Source: an uncultured Orrella sp. (lineage in GTDB: Bacteria > Pseudomonadota > Gammaproteobacteria > Burkholderiales > Burkholderiaceae_B). Taken from it: a stretch of DNA of 49,257 bases. Location: contig CAZBIN010000002.1 of the NCBI GenBank assembly GCA_964491995.1, forward strand, positions 1 through 49,257, in the 5' to 3' direction. The stretch's first letter is position 1; each line of letters begins with the position of its first letter. The notes below the pieces were generated by a model. The model saw only the letters and a list, made by a program, of their open reading frames with translations. It had not been told where the DNA came from and ran no database searches. Of the stretch, positions 47,213 through 49,257 are shown in pieces. Position numbers and translations under genes: made by a program.

Positions 47213-49257
47213 TTAACTTCGATCAAAAAGATCGTCGACTTCATCTGGGCCGGCGGAGAACCGCGGCGAAGGATCACGATCTTCAGGATCCTCGCTATTC
47301 GTAATGTAGCTTTGCAGGCTGTTCTCGATGTCGATCGAGCGTGCGACCTCTCGGGCTCGATCTACTGCTATCACTAGCCCTAACTCCTCGAATTTCACCT
47401 GGACAATTTTTACAATATTATCTTCAGCTTGATCAATGTCCCCCCAGTCTATCCCAGAGAGGGCATCTGTGATTTCAACGAAATCGCCCAATGAATCCGA
47501 TGCTAGTTCCACAACGCGTTCAAAGATATCTGTCACGAGAGAGTCGCGTTCTGGCATGCCGTCGGGCAATTCATTTGCGATCGCCATTGCATCCAAAATA
47601 TCATCATCGTCAAGGATATCTCCCAAATTGTTAGTCAAAAACTGAATCGCATCGCCGACAGATATCTTCTCCAGAGTCAAACCGTACCTTATCGTAGACA
47701 GTGAGCGATCGGACCCGCCGATTGATCCTTTCGCAAGAACGAACTTCAACGCATCCGTCAAGTATTTGTTGGAGCTGTCAAACATCAGCGTTTCGTTGCA
47801 GAGAATAGAAATAAACGAGGCGTCATATTCCAAAAAACCTTCTTTACCGGATTCTATAAAGATGTCTCGACAAATCTCATTCGCGACGTTCTCGGAGATG
47901 ACCTTTTCCCTCTTAATGTTAAGAATCGTTTCAATCCCATTGACCGATCGGAGACTAAACGCTGCCTCCATGAGCATTCGGGTATCAGTAGCATATCTCT
48001 GCAATAAAAAATCACCAATTGACGGGTTGAATAGATCCAACTCAACATTAGATCCACCATTAAAAATTCTGCTAAGAAAAGAGCCAGTCAATAGCCGAAT
48101 ATAGGATCCGAAATCAAGGCGCCCGCGCAGATTTTGATTCCCTGGGCGGCCAGCAAGTCGGTGAAAGGCATCAGCAAGGACTAGCTCGTCGATACGTTTG
48201 CGATTGAGAACTACAAGCAAAACGATAGCTCTCTGACTAGCGTCTAATTGAACGTCAAACGGGTGACCCCATATCCTAGAAGGATCTGCAAGCGAACGCT
48301 CTATGTAAGGCCAATATCCTGCTACATCCTCGTACTCTCTTCGTGATGGATCGGTAATAAAATTGATAAGCCGAGGATTGAAATTTTGATGTGCTATTAC
48401 TTTGCGATAGCGCTTGTCCGTATAGAACTCTTCTCGAAACTCATCGGACAGCCCAGAATGCCAGATATGATTGTATAAAATACGGGCTTTATCAATCAAA
48501 CTTAGTGCATCGATTCGGAGCTCGTACTCGTTGCGTTTCAAATTTTCGTTCTCGAACGAATCAATAAAAAACTTACCCTGATTTAGTATGGTGCTCCGTG
48601 AGGTGAGGATAAATCGCTTTAATTTATTTGCTGAAATCCTTCGCATGAAGCCCGCAAGATGCCCTCCTTCGTGGCCCCGGAGGGCTTCAAGGTAGTTGCG
48701 CCCAAGAAAATCGTCAAAGTAAAAAATTTGCTTCGTATCTTTTGAAAAAATCTGTTCTGCCTCTTTGATATCCTCGATTACATTGACGAACTGAAACTCC
48801 TCGGATACATATTGCAAGCACAGGTGTTCTGCAAGCGTCGTTTTTCCGACGCCTGGATCACCTGAAATAATTAATACACCTAGCCTGTTTGAGATTTCCA
48901 ACGCTTTCTTGTGGTTTTCGGTTATGGCGTATCGTGCAGATTTTTGAATAATTTCGCCCAGCGAAAATTCGCTTCTTCCCATAATTCCGCTTTGTGCAAT
49001 AAAAGCAAGAATGTTCGCGCTGTGCAGCCAAAGTTTATAGCTATTTCTTTCGGCCTCTGGAAATTGTGACAGCAGGTCATTCAGATCTTCTTTCCCATAA
49101 ATATCGTCTTCCCGAATAACATACGGCTTCAAAGCACCCGAGATTTTTTTCTTGTCAGCTCGCGACAAGGGATTTGAAATCGCCAGTATGTAACGATTTG
49201 GCTTCAGTCGATCTAACTTTGGCTTCTCCTCCCGTACAAGCGTAGCGATGAGCTGCA
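47213..49257 (-). CDS. STAND-class (nSTAND3-like) NTPase, probably fused to an N-terminal restriction-endonuclease domain; 5' end lies outside the window
   Basis: Frame open to the window edge (…LKPNRYILAISNPLS…DIYGKEDLNDLL…YKLWL); Walker A GDPGVGKT; Walker B FYFDDFLG; ILTSR; ILYNH; NPRLI; visibly AT-richer than the core genes. Confidence 0.85.
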   Translation of the reverse strand, partial: QLIATLVREEKPKLDRLKPNRYILAISNPLSRADKKKISGALKPYVIREDDIYGKEDLNDLLSQFPEAERNSYKLWLHSANILAFIAQSGIMGRSEFSLGEIIQKSARYAITENHKKALEISNRLGVLIISGDPGVGKTTLAEHLCLQYVSEEFQFVNVIEDIKEAEQIFSKDTKQIFYFDDFLGRNYLEALRGHEGGHLAGFMRRISANKLKRFILTSRSTILNQGKFFIDSFENENLKRNEYELRIDALSLIDKARILYNHIWHSGLSDEFREEFYTDKRYRKVIAHQNFNPRLINFITDPSRREYEDVAGYWPYIERSLADPSRIWGHPFDVQLDASQRAIVLLVVLNRKRIDELVLADAFHRLAGRPGNQNLRGRLDFGSYIRLLTGSFLSRIFNGGSNVELDLFNPSIGDFLLQRYATDTRMLMEAAFSLRSVNGIETILNIKREKVISENVANEICRDIFIESGKEGFLEYDASFISILCNETLMFDSSNKYLTDALKFVLAKGSIGGSDRSLSTIRYGLTLEKISVGDAIQFLTNNLGDILDDDDILDAMAIANELPDGMPERDSLVTDIFERVVELASDSLGDFVEITDALSGIDWGDIDQAEDNIVKIVQVKFEELGLVIAVDRAREVARSIDIENSLQSYITNSEDPEDRDPSPRFSAGPDEVDDLFDRS

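Overview
Bacterial chromosomal segment that looks betaproteobacterial (Burkholderiales, probably Alcaligenaceae-like; inferred from gene content such as argS-SPOR-dsbA, smg-gluQ-topB-SET, DUF1840 and the leuA type). Bases 1-41.3 kb are mostly housekeeping and metabolic genes: a cysteine desulfhydrase-like enzyme, an Ntn hydrolase, a hutG-linked catabolic operon, sseA, an ApbE/DUF2271/PepSY/ferric-reductase flavinylation-redox cluster with its two-component system, a c-di-GMP phosphodiesterase, an orphan HTH gene with palindromic operators, prfC, rpoN, leuA with a Leu-rich leader peptide, panB, topB, gluQ, smg, metC, dsbA and argS. From about 41.3 kb to the end the window becomes accessory and defence-island-like: a MazG-like pyrophosphatase plus DUF2075 nuclease-helicase operon, an exported methyltransferase, a P-loop ATPase, a non-coding head-to-head junction of two transposon-like ends (…TACA-N6-TGTA… with arrays of about 18-bp repeats), and an AT-richer STAND-type NTPase gene truncated by the window edge. 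All calls come from motif recognition by eye; no database searches were run.
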